Shown here: positions 37,493 through 49,159 of the stretch, one piece after another
Layout of the letters: each line of letters begins with the position of its first letter
Numbering within the stretch: position 1 is the stretch's first letter
Origin: Scyliorhinus canicula
Taxonomy: Eukaryota
Direction of reading: 5' to 3'
DNA length: 64,000 bases
Assembly: GCF_902713615.1 (NCBI RefSeq)
Contig: NC_052156.1
Location: 125,465,120-125,529,119 of the forward strand
Program-made: the position numbers and the translations under genes
The notes under the pieces: generated by a model
The model's input: the letters and a program-made list of their open reading frames with translations, nothing else
Told to the model about the DNA's origin: nothing
The model's database searches: none

Positions 37493-37494
<2 letters not shown>

Positions 37495-37523
<29 letters not shown>
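37495..37523 (+). repeat. (CT)n microsatellite
   Basis: Directly visible. Confidence 0.95.
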
Positions 37524-37526
<3 letters not shown>

Positions 37527-38403
37527 TCCCACCCACACCCCTCTCTGGCACACTGGTGAACAGTGCAGACCAATTGGTGTTTGACTGAAAAGAATGCCCA
37601 TGGCAAAGAGGCAACACATGAGGGCACAAGTAACAATGTACCAAGAGTTCAATGATGAGTAAACCTACTGAATCAGCCCCAAAGACATCCACCCTCAGAA
37701 TTTCTATATATTAAACCTGATGAGGCCATTGGGTCTGAGAATATTCAGTTTATAGTGACAGTAGACTGCAAGAAAAGGAAGTGCCAATAAAAGGATTTAA
37801 ACACTGGCATTTTTTTAGGGCTGTTCGTACTTTGTTGGTCAGTCAAATTGGAGTCAACATAAAAAAGTTGACTTTATTGTAAATCTGCTGGTGCCACTCT
37901 CCATGGGACCAGCCACTCACTGCATTACTCCTTTACACAGGCCCAGACTCTCATGGAACTAAATATTTGACCTGAAGAATAGAACACAAACAGCCACTTT
38001 GTAAAATACTGCGCAGTGTCATGTAATCATCCTTATACACTCACTTATCTAATAGGAAGTTAAGACATGCCATACAAAAAGCATTACATCAGACCTTGCA
38101 TCTCCATTTATAAGTTATTAGGGTTTCAAGGTATCAAATCATTCTAATTAAAATCTCCAAGTTCTGAATACTTAATTTCGAACACTAGGGTCCTCTGTTG
38201 TGCCTGACGTAGCAAGCTACGATTAAGTAGAATTTCTGAAACAAAATTTACATATGCTTGACAAAAAACAGTAGAGACAACATAGAAGCACCTCATCCCT
38301 CAAGCTCTTAGGAATCCTGGTGTGTTGTCAACATAGGCAATGTTTTCTCCTTGTCTGTCTCTGAAGTGATGTTAAACTGTGTAAAAAATACCATAGAAGC
38401 CAT

Positions 38404-39090
38404 GGACCAAAATCTTTCCCCATCCCTCCAGAAAAGGGGAGTTGGGGGGGGGTAAAATTGCATGGATGAGATTCCCTACAGGGTCCCTGCCTGTCCCGAC
38501 AGAGATGCTATTTTACGGTGAGGCAGGCACAGCCTTCGACAAGAAGCCTGCCCGTGCACCTATTAAGGCAATTAAGTGGCCACTCAAGGCCCTTTGCCCT
38601 CCCAGCTTCAATTTTTAAGCTGACAAATGCTGGTTGTAGCAGGGTGACATACAGAAAAAGTCTTCACCCTTGATCTCAGGAGGGAAGAAGGGCCCTTCAG
38701 ATTTGGGGCACTCTTCCCTCAAGGGCTTGAGTGCTCTGGCCCTCGCTCCCCCCGGCATATTCTCTGACACAGAGATCACCCACTTCCTGACCCCTGCCAT
38801 GGCATCTCCAACTTTCCTGCCCCCAGAAACCCTCATACTTAAATAGAAGTGTGATCACGGGACTTAGGCTCAGGCATGGCGCCGCAGTACCTCTTCCAGC
38901 CACTGCAGCGCTGTGCCTGGAGGGGGTGGAGAGCTGTCAGCTAATTGGTTGGCCAACAGCTCTCCAAGGTGGGACTTGCCCCAAGTAGAGACAGAAGTCC
39001 TACCTACTGGCAATCAATGCTTAATTGAGCGTAAAATAGCAGGGGCCCTGTCAGAGTTGGTGGACATACATTCCTTAAAATTCCGGCCGT
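38404..39090. mobile_element. Old Harbinger-like MITE
   Basis: Eroded TIR-like ends (GG.CC.AAAT.TT / AAAATTCCGGCC) and GC-rich interior. Confidence 0.45.
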
Positions 39091-39877
39091 GGTAACATCA
39101 TGCCAACAAAGGTTCTGACTTTCCAACTTTTATCCCCTTATCTCCTTATTCCAGAATTCCTTATTTGGAAGTTGTCCAAATTCACCATTCCACTGACGTA
39201 TGGTGCAAGTCATCTGATGTCACCCCACCTCTAACTGGAGTCACGTAGACTAAAGACAAATATCACTTGCCCTTTGGGCCCTCAAAGTTTACATTCCTTT
39301 GCAAACAAACACTACATCCTTGAGATAGATTACCAATGTATAAACAATGCCACATCCTCTTGCCAATAGTACACCTATCATAAACATTCATATCAACGTA
39401 TCCTAACCCATTCCCATAAACACTGAAGACATTAAGAGCAAATGTTTAAAAACACATCCTATCATAATGTCAGAAAAGAAAGAAAGGTTTTCCTCTAATA
39501 CAGATGTTCCACCCTGCAAATATAGTTAGTCAATTAAATCCATTTTGGGGTTTTGTTTAAAGCCAGTGTCATCCTAAATTCAAGCTACTTTCCAACCATT
39601 TCTTCAAACAAAGTTGCTGAATCCAAACTCTCAGGCAACTTGAAAAGTCATAAAGCCATTAGTTTCTCACAGGCAACAGCTGCCCATTGTCCCTCTAACA
39701 AACATTTAATCTGAAACATTTAAAAAGTAGCAGTCTTTTCAGAATCCTACACACAGTGGGTCTACCAAGGGAGACTGACTTCCCTCCTCTTGTACCATGA
39801 AGTTACATTGTACTTTATCATGGTGGGTAGGAGAAAACTATAGGGGGAAGAAATTTTAACTTCCTCCACCCAGCTGA

Positions 39878-40100
39878 GGAGGAGGTCTTGTAACACAGTG
39901 GGTAGCATCCCTGCCTCTGAGCCAGAAGCCCTGTGTTCAAGTCCCACCCCAGGATTTGATGGCCAAGAAGGTGCGTTCATAATGCAGCCAAACAGATTGA
40001 GTATTAACCTGCGAATCCTTCCAACATGCAACTGGCTGGCAGTAAGAGGAGGGACTTCTGATCAGTCATGCTTGGTATAGAGTGGCGTCCCTCAAGCTAC
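39878..40100 (+). mobile_element. tRNA-derived SINE (a different family)
   Basis: CAGTGGGTAGC A-box-like and GTTCAAGTCCC B-box-like head. Confidence 0.6.
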
Positions 40101-40418
40101 AAGCCTCTGGCGACAGAATGCAATCTATTCCAGGAAAACTCTAGCACTTTAAACAGATAATGACTGCCTTGTGCATCATTAGGAAATGAAAAAAGCAAAC
40201 TCAGCTGAAGCTGGTCAGAGCAGGAGTTTAATTCAAAGCCGTCAATTTACTGCCAACATGCTGCTATGTTAAAGTTGGGGAGCAGAGACGCCCCACTAAT
40301 TCCAGCAGAGGCCTCGTGAAATAATTCAAAACAGGATCCCATTACTTCGAACACCATTTAAACTATCACTGTGGACACTATGCACAGTAGAAAATGCCAG
40401 ACATCCAAAGAAGAAGGT

Positions 40419-40727
40419 GGGCAGCACGGTGGCACAGTGGTTAGCACTGCTGCCTCACAGCGCTTGGTGACTGTCTGAGTAAAGTTTGCACAGTCTCCCT
40501 GTTTCTGCGTGGGTTTCCTCTGGGTGCTCCAGTTTCCTCATAGTCCAAAGATGTACAGGTTAGGTGGATTGGCCATGCTAAATTTGTCCTTAGTGTCCAG
40601 GGATGCGCAGGTTAGGTAGTGTTTCAGGGATAGGGGGCAGGGGAGTGGGACTAGGATAATCTTTCAGAAGGTCAGTGCAGACTCGATGGGCCAAATGGCC
40701 TCCTTCTGCACTGTAGGAATTCTATGG
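40419..40727 (+). mobile_element. HE1-type V-SINE (B-box deleted)
   Basis: GGGCAGCACGGTGGCACAGTGGTTAGCAC head, V-domain and CR1-type tail. Confidence 0.85.
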
Positions 40728-43214
40728 TTTTAAGACACCAGAAGTTCAAGTGCATTTTTCTGTGATCAGGATGCCCCACAAAGAAAGTTTGGGCGATGAC
40801 CACCTGAGGCTTCCCCCTTGCTCAGAGAGTGGTCCTGAACCATACCCCTCCCCCTTCCCCAACAACCTATCTTCCTGTCAGCCAGCTGCCTCCCCCCCCC
40901 CCCCCACAAAGAAAAGAGATGTTTTGGATTTGCACCTACACAGCTTCCAATAATTGTCCAAATCATGGAAATCCATCACCCACAGCTACTCTAGAGTACT
41001 TACAAAAAACAACATTGAATGTTAAGAACAGCTTGCAATTAAATTGCCATTCAGTGGAAGCAGAGTTGTGCAAATAACCTGCTCTGTTTTTTGTCAGGAC
41101 CTTTGAAAGATACATGATACTATATTATTGAATACAAAAGATCACATCCTATGCTACTTTCATGTAGGTCACTTCAACTACCTTGCTCAATTGCTGCCAT
41201 CTGATCTACAACTAAAGTGAAATAAAATAAAACCTATGTGTGTAATATGTTCTGCATTTTGACTCTTCTGACCTTCATTCTGTTGGGACATGCTGTAATT
41301 GGAGCTGGTTCATCGAATTACAGTCGAAATTACTGGTGAAAATGTATGCTATACATACTTGCGATCTCCTTCGTAACCTTGGAAGTCTCACTATTTTCTT
41401 TTGTTCTCGTGCTCTGTTTCTGTTCAGTTAACAAAAATTTACACTGTTGTACTTCCAGCCCAAAAATACCATGTACAAGTCACTTGTGTGTCCTTTACAG
41501 GAAATTTCGGTTTACAGCAAGGGATCAGAACGGAGTTGCAGCAAATGACATCAATTTCTGATATTAAACAGAGAAAGAATGATGTGAATTTATTATGCTG
41601 CACTTATCCTGCAGCAATATCCCTATTGATCTTCTAAAGAAGAAATACAAATAAAATTAAATTGCATTCTCAAATTGCTACCTTACAACAATTGGAATTT
41701 GGAAACAACGCATGATAGAATGCCTATGTTTAAATTGAGCTACGGGACAGGAATAAAGTATGGGATTATATGTGCGATGGTGTGCTGAGGGCAAATTTAT
41801 ACCAAAAAAAATCTATAAAATGCTTTTTCTGAAATATTAAGAATGAAAGCGAAAGCACATAGCCGGATTTTTAAAATGTCTACAATGGAAAGGTTATTTC
41901 CAATGTTTAACATTGTTCAAAGAACAATTTAGTGGATCACCTACGAAATGAGTCCATCTGACTATGAAATTACCTTTTTTTATAATGTGGAAATTTCAAT
42001 TTGTTTTAAAAGACGATAACCATTTTAGTACTTGGAATCTTACATTTTCTGCATCTCTTTTACACCATTAAATGTATGCCATATATCTTGAATTTTAATT
42101 TACTCCCATGTGGAACACACAGAGCCCAAAGATGGACCCTGATGCCGAGGGCAAACTGCAGTATTCATTTATACTGTGGTTCTACCGAACATTTTGGGTT
42201 TTTAAACTGTAAAAGCATTGAACCATGTTGACCTCACAGTGTAATAGAGAAGTTTAAGATAATGGAGTTCGCTGATGTATTTTAGCAGTAGAGCTGTTAG
42301 ATACAAATTCCAGGTGAATTAAGCAAATGGGCATCTTTGGCAGGATTCAAAACAAACGGTGGACTATGGATTAATGAATTTGAATCAGCATAATTTCTCC
42401 TGAGCTTTGTGACTAAAAACATGTCCACTTCCTTGAAGGAGAAAACCGTGGCAATATACGAGTTGACGAGGCAGCACACTGCTACTGCCGTGAAACCTCT
42501 TTCCTGCCAACATACCCACTTTCAATCATTCGTATTATCGCAGCACAGGAAGCAATTTTGATATTTAAGCTTCCCTGGAAATACTGATCTGAGTCACTCG
42601 CACCCAAATGTCTGAGGGTCGGCCATGCCAGAATGCATCATGAGGGGTGGATTACAAGGTTCTGACACTTGGGGTGAATCAATATTCTGTAGCTATTACG
42701 CCTGACACTCATAATGCAAAGCGTTCTCATTTTACAGAATTCAATCAGGTGCCAACAAAAAAATAGCTCCTGTCAAGATTTTCAGAGGTACCCAGTGTGC
42801 ATCTTACAACGACTCTTAGAGGAAACATCCTACCAGGTTCCAGTGGCTGGATGATATCAGTGAACACAGAGTTGAAGGCCAAATGATTGAAGTGAAATGT
42901 AGTTGAACGACCAATAAATCACACACCTTCGCTGCCAGAATACACGGGTTTCAGAGGAAACTGCCCAAAGGACAAATGAGGCACAGCTTCACGAAGAAAT
43001 ACTGCAAAATCAATCATGCTGAGCATGAAAATTGGCAAGGGAAACAAGACTTGGATTGACTGGGGTAGTGCATTGAGTTTCAATGATCAATGTGGAGACA
43101 TGGAGCAATTTCGACAATGCTGACTCGCAGGCTTTTGTTCAATTTGGCAGAATCGGTGGGCTAAATGTTACCACCACTTTTCCATCACCTATACTTATCG
43201 GTGTAATTCCTGTG

Positions 43215-43618
43215 TGTCATAATATACACACAAGTATATGATGGTGCACAGGCAGACATTGATTGACACACAGGATGACCAATGAACACACAGAACACAG
43301 CAGCCAATCACCAGATAGGACACGGCCACTATGAAGCCAGAGGGCACTAGTTTTCCCGCTCTCTTGGGATGCAGCCTCTGAGACAGTCAGAGTCTGTGAG
43401 CAACAACTAGAACATCCACCATGTGGTAGTAAGATAGTCTGGTAAGGTTAGCCTCAGGTCTCCAGTCAACTCATCATAGTGTCAACCCACAGTTAAAGTA
43501 TGTTTAATAGATAAGAGTTCAATAAAATAGAGTTGCATTTTTTCAAGTGTTGGAAGCCTGTCTCTCTCACTGCTATGGTAAACGCAGTCCTCGCAGACCC
43601 AGCATACCCAACACATCA
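43215..43618 (+). mobile_element. Gypsy 5' LTR followed by primer-binding site
   Basis: TGT start, CCAAT boxes, AATAAA at ~43521, ends ...CA immediately before TGGTACCAG (43619), whose TGG is complementary to a tRNA 3' CCA end. Confidence 0.85.
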
Positions 43619-43699
43619 TGGTACCAGTGAGTCATGTTAGAGTTTGACGGACCTACCTTGAGATAGTCTGCCTTTGTCCAGCGATCAGCCATCCGGTAA

Positions 43700-46600
43700 C
43701 ATGGACACCATCCGCCCTCCCCCGCCGCTCCGCGCCGCCGGCAACCTCGGTGCCAACTGGAAGATTTTCAAGCAGAAGTTTGAGCTGTATCTTGAAGCCA
43801 CCGACCTCGAAGCCGCAAGGCCCCCACGAAGCAGAGCGGGTGCAGGCCGTAAAACAGCTCCAGGACCTGAGTCTGGATGAGGGCAGCCATTTTGCACGCT
43901 TTTCCTGGGCTCCTGCGCATGCACCGAGGGGACGGCGAGGCCGAGGACCAAACTGCGCAGGTGCACACACCATTCGACCGCACCGCGCATGCGCGGTGGC
44001 GCACGGACGTCCTGCCGTCGGCGGCATGACGTGCAACAACTCTGGCTCCGCCCACTTAAAGCAGCAATGTCCCCCGAAATCCCGACGCTGTCTCCAGTGT
44101 GGCAAGCTTGTCCACTACGCAGCCCTGTGCAGATCTACTCAACTGCCCACCACACATTGATCCCAGCAGCAGCGCAGGAACGTCCAGTCAGTACAGCAAC
44201 CCGTTGCAGACTCCGACTCCGATATGGTTCGATACCCTGACATCGAGGATCTCACATCCCCATTCCGGGTGGGCATCATCATACGATGCTTTCCGCAAAA
44301 AAGGCAAAACCACTCCCAGTGATGAGCATTGATCTGGACGACGAGTGGTGTGCCACCCTTACGGTCAACAAATCTCGCAAATGCTTCAGGCTGGACACCG
44401 GCGCATCAGCTGGCCTCATTTCGCAGTCTGACCTGGATACCATCCACGTCAAGCCGAACATTCTTCCATCGGCCTGCCAGCTTCTCGACTACAATGGCAA
44501 TGCCATTGCTGCCAGTGGCTGATGCCAGCTTGTGGTATCTCATCGTTCTTCAAGAGCCACCCTGTGTTTCGAAATTGTAGGGTCCAACAAAGCTTCCTTG
44601 CTCGGTGCTCAGGCCTGCAAACTCCTGAATCTTGTGCAGCGGGTTCACTCCATGTCGCGCACTGAGGCATCAGCATCACCAGATGCCAACTTCGAAATAC
44701 AATTAAATGACATCACAGCACGATACCACAGCGTCTTCGAGGGTGTGGGCACACTCCCCTACAGATACAAGATACTTCTGAAACCGAATGCCACACCTGT
44801 GGTTCATGCACCCCGTCGGGTGCCGGCACCCCTTAAGGACCGCGTCAAGCAGCAGCTGCAAGACCTCCAGGGCCAGGGCGACATTTCTAAGGTCACGGAA
44901 CCCACGGACTGGGTTAGCTCCATGGTATGTGTCAAAAATCTGTCAGGGGAACGGCGCATTTGTATCGACCCCAAAGATTTGAACCGTAACATCAGGAAGG
45001 AACACTGCCCTATCCCTAAGCGCGAAGAGCTCACCAGCGAAATGGCTCACGCCAAGTTTTTCACGAAGCCTCCAAGGGGTTTTGGCAGATACAACTGGAT
45101 GCAGCAAGTTGAAAGCTCTGCAATTTTAACACCCCGTTTGGCCAGTATTGTTACAACCGGATGCCCTTTGGCATCATCTCCACCTCGGAGGTGTTCCATC
45201 GAATAATGGAGCAAATGATGGAGGGCATCGAGGGGGTGCGAGTGTACGTCGATGACATCATTGTCTGGTCCACGACTCTGCAGGAACACATTGATCGCCT
45301 CAATCAAGTGTTCCAGAGGATCCACGAACATGGCCTCCAACTCAACAGAGCCAAATGCTCGTTCAGACAAACAGAAATAAAGTTCCTCGGCGACCATATT
45401 TTGCAGTTCGGTGTGCAGCCAGATGCAGATAAGGTGTCGGCGATCATTGCTATGAAGACACCGGAGGACAAGAAGGCGGTCCTCCGCTTCCTGGGGATGG
45501 TCAACTTCCTTGGGAAGTTTATCCCCAACCTTGCATCTCACACCACAGCTCTCCGCAATCTTGTAAAAAAACCCACCGACTTCTAGTGGCTCCCACTCAC
45601 GAGCGAGAGTGGTGTGAGCTCAGGGCGAAACTCACCAAGGCCTCGGTACTGGCGTTTTTCGACTCTGCCAAGGAGACGAAGATCTCCACTGATGCGAGCC
45701 AGTCTGGCATTGGGGCAGTACTCCTTCAGCACGACGAATCCTCCTCCTGGGCCCCAGTCGCATATGCATCTAGAGCCATGACACCTACTGAGCAGCGCTA
45801 TGCTCAAATCGAGAAAGAATGCCTGGGCCTCCTCACGGGGATTGACAAATTCCATGATTACGTGTATGGACTCCCCATGTTTACGGTCGAAACGGACCAC
45901 AGGCCACTGGTTCACATCATACAGAAGGACCTCAACTATATGACGCCACGCCTACAATGTATCCTCCTCAAACTCTGACGCCATGATTTCGACCTGGTCT
46001 ACAACCCAGGCAAGGAGCTCATTGTGGCCGATGCACTCTCTCGCTCCATCACCACACCGTGCGAGCAGTCGGACTTCGTCTGCCAGATCAACGCCCATGT
46101 TGAGTTCTGCGCATCCAACTTTCCGGCCACTGACGAAAGGGTCGTACAGATTCGTCATGAAACGGCCAGGGATCCTCTACTCCAACGGGTCATGCGCTAT
46201 CTCACAGATGGCTGGCTGCCCACAATTCTATAATATAAAAGACGATATGGCAATGGTCGATGGCATACTAATGAAACTGGACCGGATAGTAATACCACAG
46301 AGTATGTGGGAGCTCGTCCTCGGCCAACTCCACGAGGGTCACCTGGGGGTGGAAAAGTGTCGCTGGCGAGCCCGAGAGGCAGTATATTGGCCTGGCATCA
46401 ATCAGGACATCGCCAACACTGTCCTCAATTGCCCAACGTGCCAACGGTTCCAGCCGGCTCAGCCGAAAGAGACTTTGCAGCCGCATGAATTGGTGTCATC
46501 ATAGATTATTGACATCATAGATTATCATAGAATTTACAGTGCAGAAGGAGGCCATTTGGCCCATCGAGTCTGCACCGGCTCTTGGAAAGAGCACCCACCC

Positions 46601-47740
46601 AAGGTCAACACCTCCACCCTATCCCCACAACCCAGTAACCCCACCGAACACGAAGGGCAATTTTGGACACTAAGGGCAATTTATCATGGCCAATCCACCT
46701 AACCTGCACATCTTTGTGACTGTGGGAGGAAACCGGAGCACCCGGAGGAAACCCACGCACACACGGGGAGGATGTGCAGACTCCACACAGACAGTGACCC
46801 AAGCCGGAATCGAAACTGGGACCCTGGAGCTGTGAAGCGATTGTGCTATCCACAATGCTACCGTGCTGCCCTGCACGTGTCGTCCCCATGGACCAAGGTT
46901 GGCATTGATCTCTTTCACGCAAAAGGCCGGGACTACGTCCTCCTCATGGACTATTTTTCTAACTACCCCAAGGTGGTCAGGCTGAATTACCTCACATCGG
47001 CAACAGTCATCAGGGCATGTAAAGAGACCTTTGCCCGTCATGGCATTACGGTCATGACTGATAATGGCCCGTGCTTCTTCAGTCAGGAGTGGATGGATTC
47101 TGCCCGACAGTACAATTTCACGCACGTCACTTCAAGCCCCCACTACCCCCAGTCAAATGGGAAAGCTGAAAAGGGGGGTACACATTGTCAAGCGACTGTT
47201 GTGTAAAGCGGCTGAGTCGAGTTCAGATTTTAACCTGGCGCTGCTAGCCTACAGGGCAACTCCTTTGTCCGCTGGCCTGTCCCCAGCACAGCTGCTCATG
47301 AACCGTACACTACGGATGACGGTGCCAGCAATCCACATCCCGGACCTCGACAATTTTCCGGTCCTGCAAAGAATGCAACTGTCTCGGGCCCACTGCAAGT
47401 CGGCGTATGACACCCACGCCACAGATCTCCCCGCTCTCGTCCCTGCTGAGCGAGTTCGTGTTCAGCTACCTGACGGTGGCTGGTCTGCCACAGCTGTGGT
47501 GCTCAAGCAAGTGGCCCCCAGATCATTTCTCGTTCGCATGCATGATGGCTCTTTTCTTCGGCATAATAGGCGGGCACTGCGGCTGCTTCCACGCTCGCCA
47601 CCTGAACGTGATGTCCCGCCTTGCCTGCTGAATCCTCAGGACACACCCTTCCAAGAGGTCACCGATCTGCCGCTTCTTTTCCCACCCTCTACATTGGATG
47701 CAGCTCCGCCCATTCCAGTGCAGGCGGCCCCAGTGCAGGT
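43700..47740 (+). pseudogene. Ty3/Gypsy gag-pol pseudogene (gag internally deleted; PR, RT, RNase H, integrase), no 3' LTR
   Basis: gag start MDTIRPPPPL..GNLGANWKIFKQKFELY; CCHC knuckles; protease LDTGAS (~44391); RT YVDD (~45244); RNase H TDAS and YAQIEKE; integrase HEGHLG..CPTC, DNGPCF and PQSNGKAE. Multiple stops and frameshifts. Confidence 0.95.
46501..46871 (-). mobile_element. HE1-type V-SINE inserted in the Gypsy integrase
   Basis: Full head, V-domain and tail; TSD GTGTC(A/G)TC (46493-46500 / 46877-46884); removing it restores HELVSSPWTKVGIDLF. Confidence 0.92.
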
Positions 47741-49159
47741 TGGCTTCCTCATTCCCGAGCCTTTTGTAAATGATTGCCATTTTGATATTTGTAAATGCTC
47801 ACTTTTGGACAACTGCCAGTCAAGCCGAGTCTTGTTCTCTTGTCCTTGAGAACACAATCTACCTGTTGGACGGCCAATGTGTCAATGGTGTGTAAATAGG
47901 TGATGGAGGGGCGGCGTGGAAAAGAATGGAGATGGCGTCATGTAGAGGTACGAGCCTGGGTGCCATGGTAATGGCGCCGTTGCCGCTCTCCCCTAAGAGG
48001 TATACCACGAGCCCGGTGGTGGCGGCGACCCTAAGAATCTGGGGACAGTGGAGATGGCATGGGGGGAAACAGGGGACTCGATGGAGGCTCCATTGGGTGG
48101 CAATCATCAGTTCATCCCGGGGAACAAGGATGGGGGATTTAGGGGGTGGCAAAGGGTGGGCATCAGTAAATTGAGGGACCTGTTTATTGGCGGGAGGTTT
48201 GCGGGCCTAGGGGAACTGGAAGATAAATTTGGGGTTCCCCAAGGGAACATGTTCAGGTACTTGCAGGTAGAGGCGTTTGCTAGGCGACAGGTAGAGGGAT
48301 TCCCTTTGCTGCCCTCGTGGGGGACGATGGACAGAGTGCTTTCAGGGGTGTGGGTCGGAGAGGGGAAGGTGTCTGACATCTATAAGGTAATGCAGGAGGT
48401 GGAGGAGCCGTCAGTGGAGGAGCTGAAGGCTAAATGGGAGGGGGAACTTGGGGAGCAGATAGAGGATGGGACTTGGGCGGATGCCTTGGAGAGAGTCAAC
48501 TCTTCCTCTTCATGTGCGAGGCTTCGTCTCATCCAATTTAAGGTGCTGCACCGGGCCCACATGTCCGGGACTAGGATGAGTAGGTTCTTTGGGGGTGAGG
48601 ACAGGTGCGCCAGATGTTCGGGGAGTCCAGCGAACCATGCCCATATGTTCTGGGCATGCCCAGCACTGGCAGAATTCTGGAAGGGGGTGGCGGGGATGGT
48701 GTCGAGGGTGGTTGGATCCAGGGTCATACCAGGGTGGGGACTCGCGATTTTTGGAGTTGCGGTGGAGCCGGAAGTGCAGGAGGCGAAAGAGGCCTGTGTC
48801 CTGGCCTTTGCGTCCCTAGTAGCCCGGCGGAGGATCTTGATGCAGTGGAAGGATGCGAGGCCCCCAAGTGTGGAGACCTGGATCAGTGACATGCGGGATT
48901 TATAAAATTGGAGAGGGTCAAATTTGCCCTGAGAGGATCAACACAAGGGTTCTATAAACGATGGCAGCCTTTTCTGGACTTCCTGGCTCAGAGATAGGTA
49001 ACTTGGTCAATAGCAGCAGCAACCCGGGGGGGTGGGCGTTCCTTATTATTGTTTCTATTTTTTCTATGATTATGTAACATAACACTGTGTTAATTTAAGT
49101 TGTTGTAAATATGTTTTATTGTTCATTGAGGATGGGCGAATGTTTATGATTGCTGTCAT

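Noticed and set aside
41270-41640. Exon-like splice signals on both strands
   Set aside because: Most frames contain stops, and the open ones resemble no protein I recognise. The same holds for candidates at ~14090-14180, ~30753 and ~52210.
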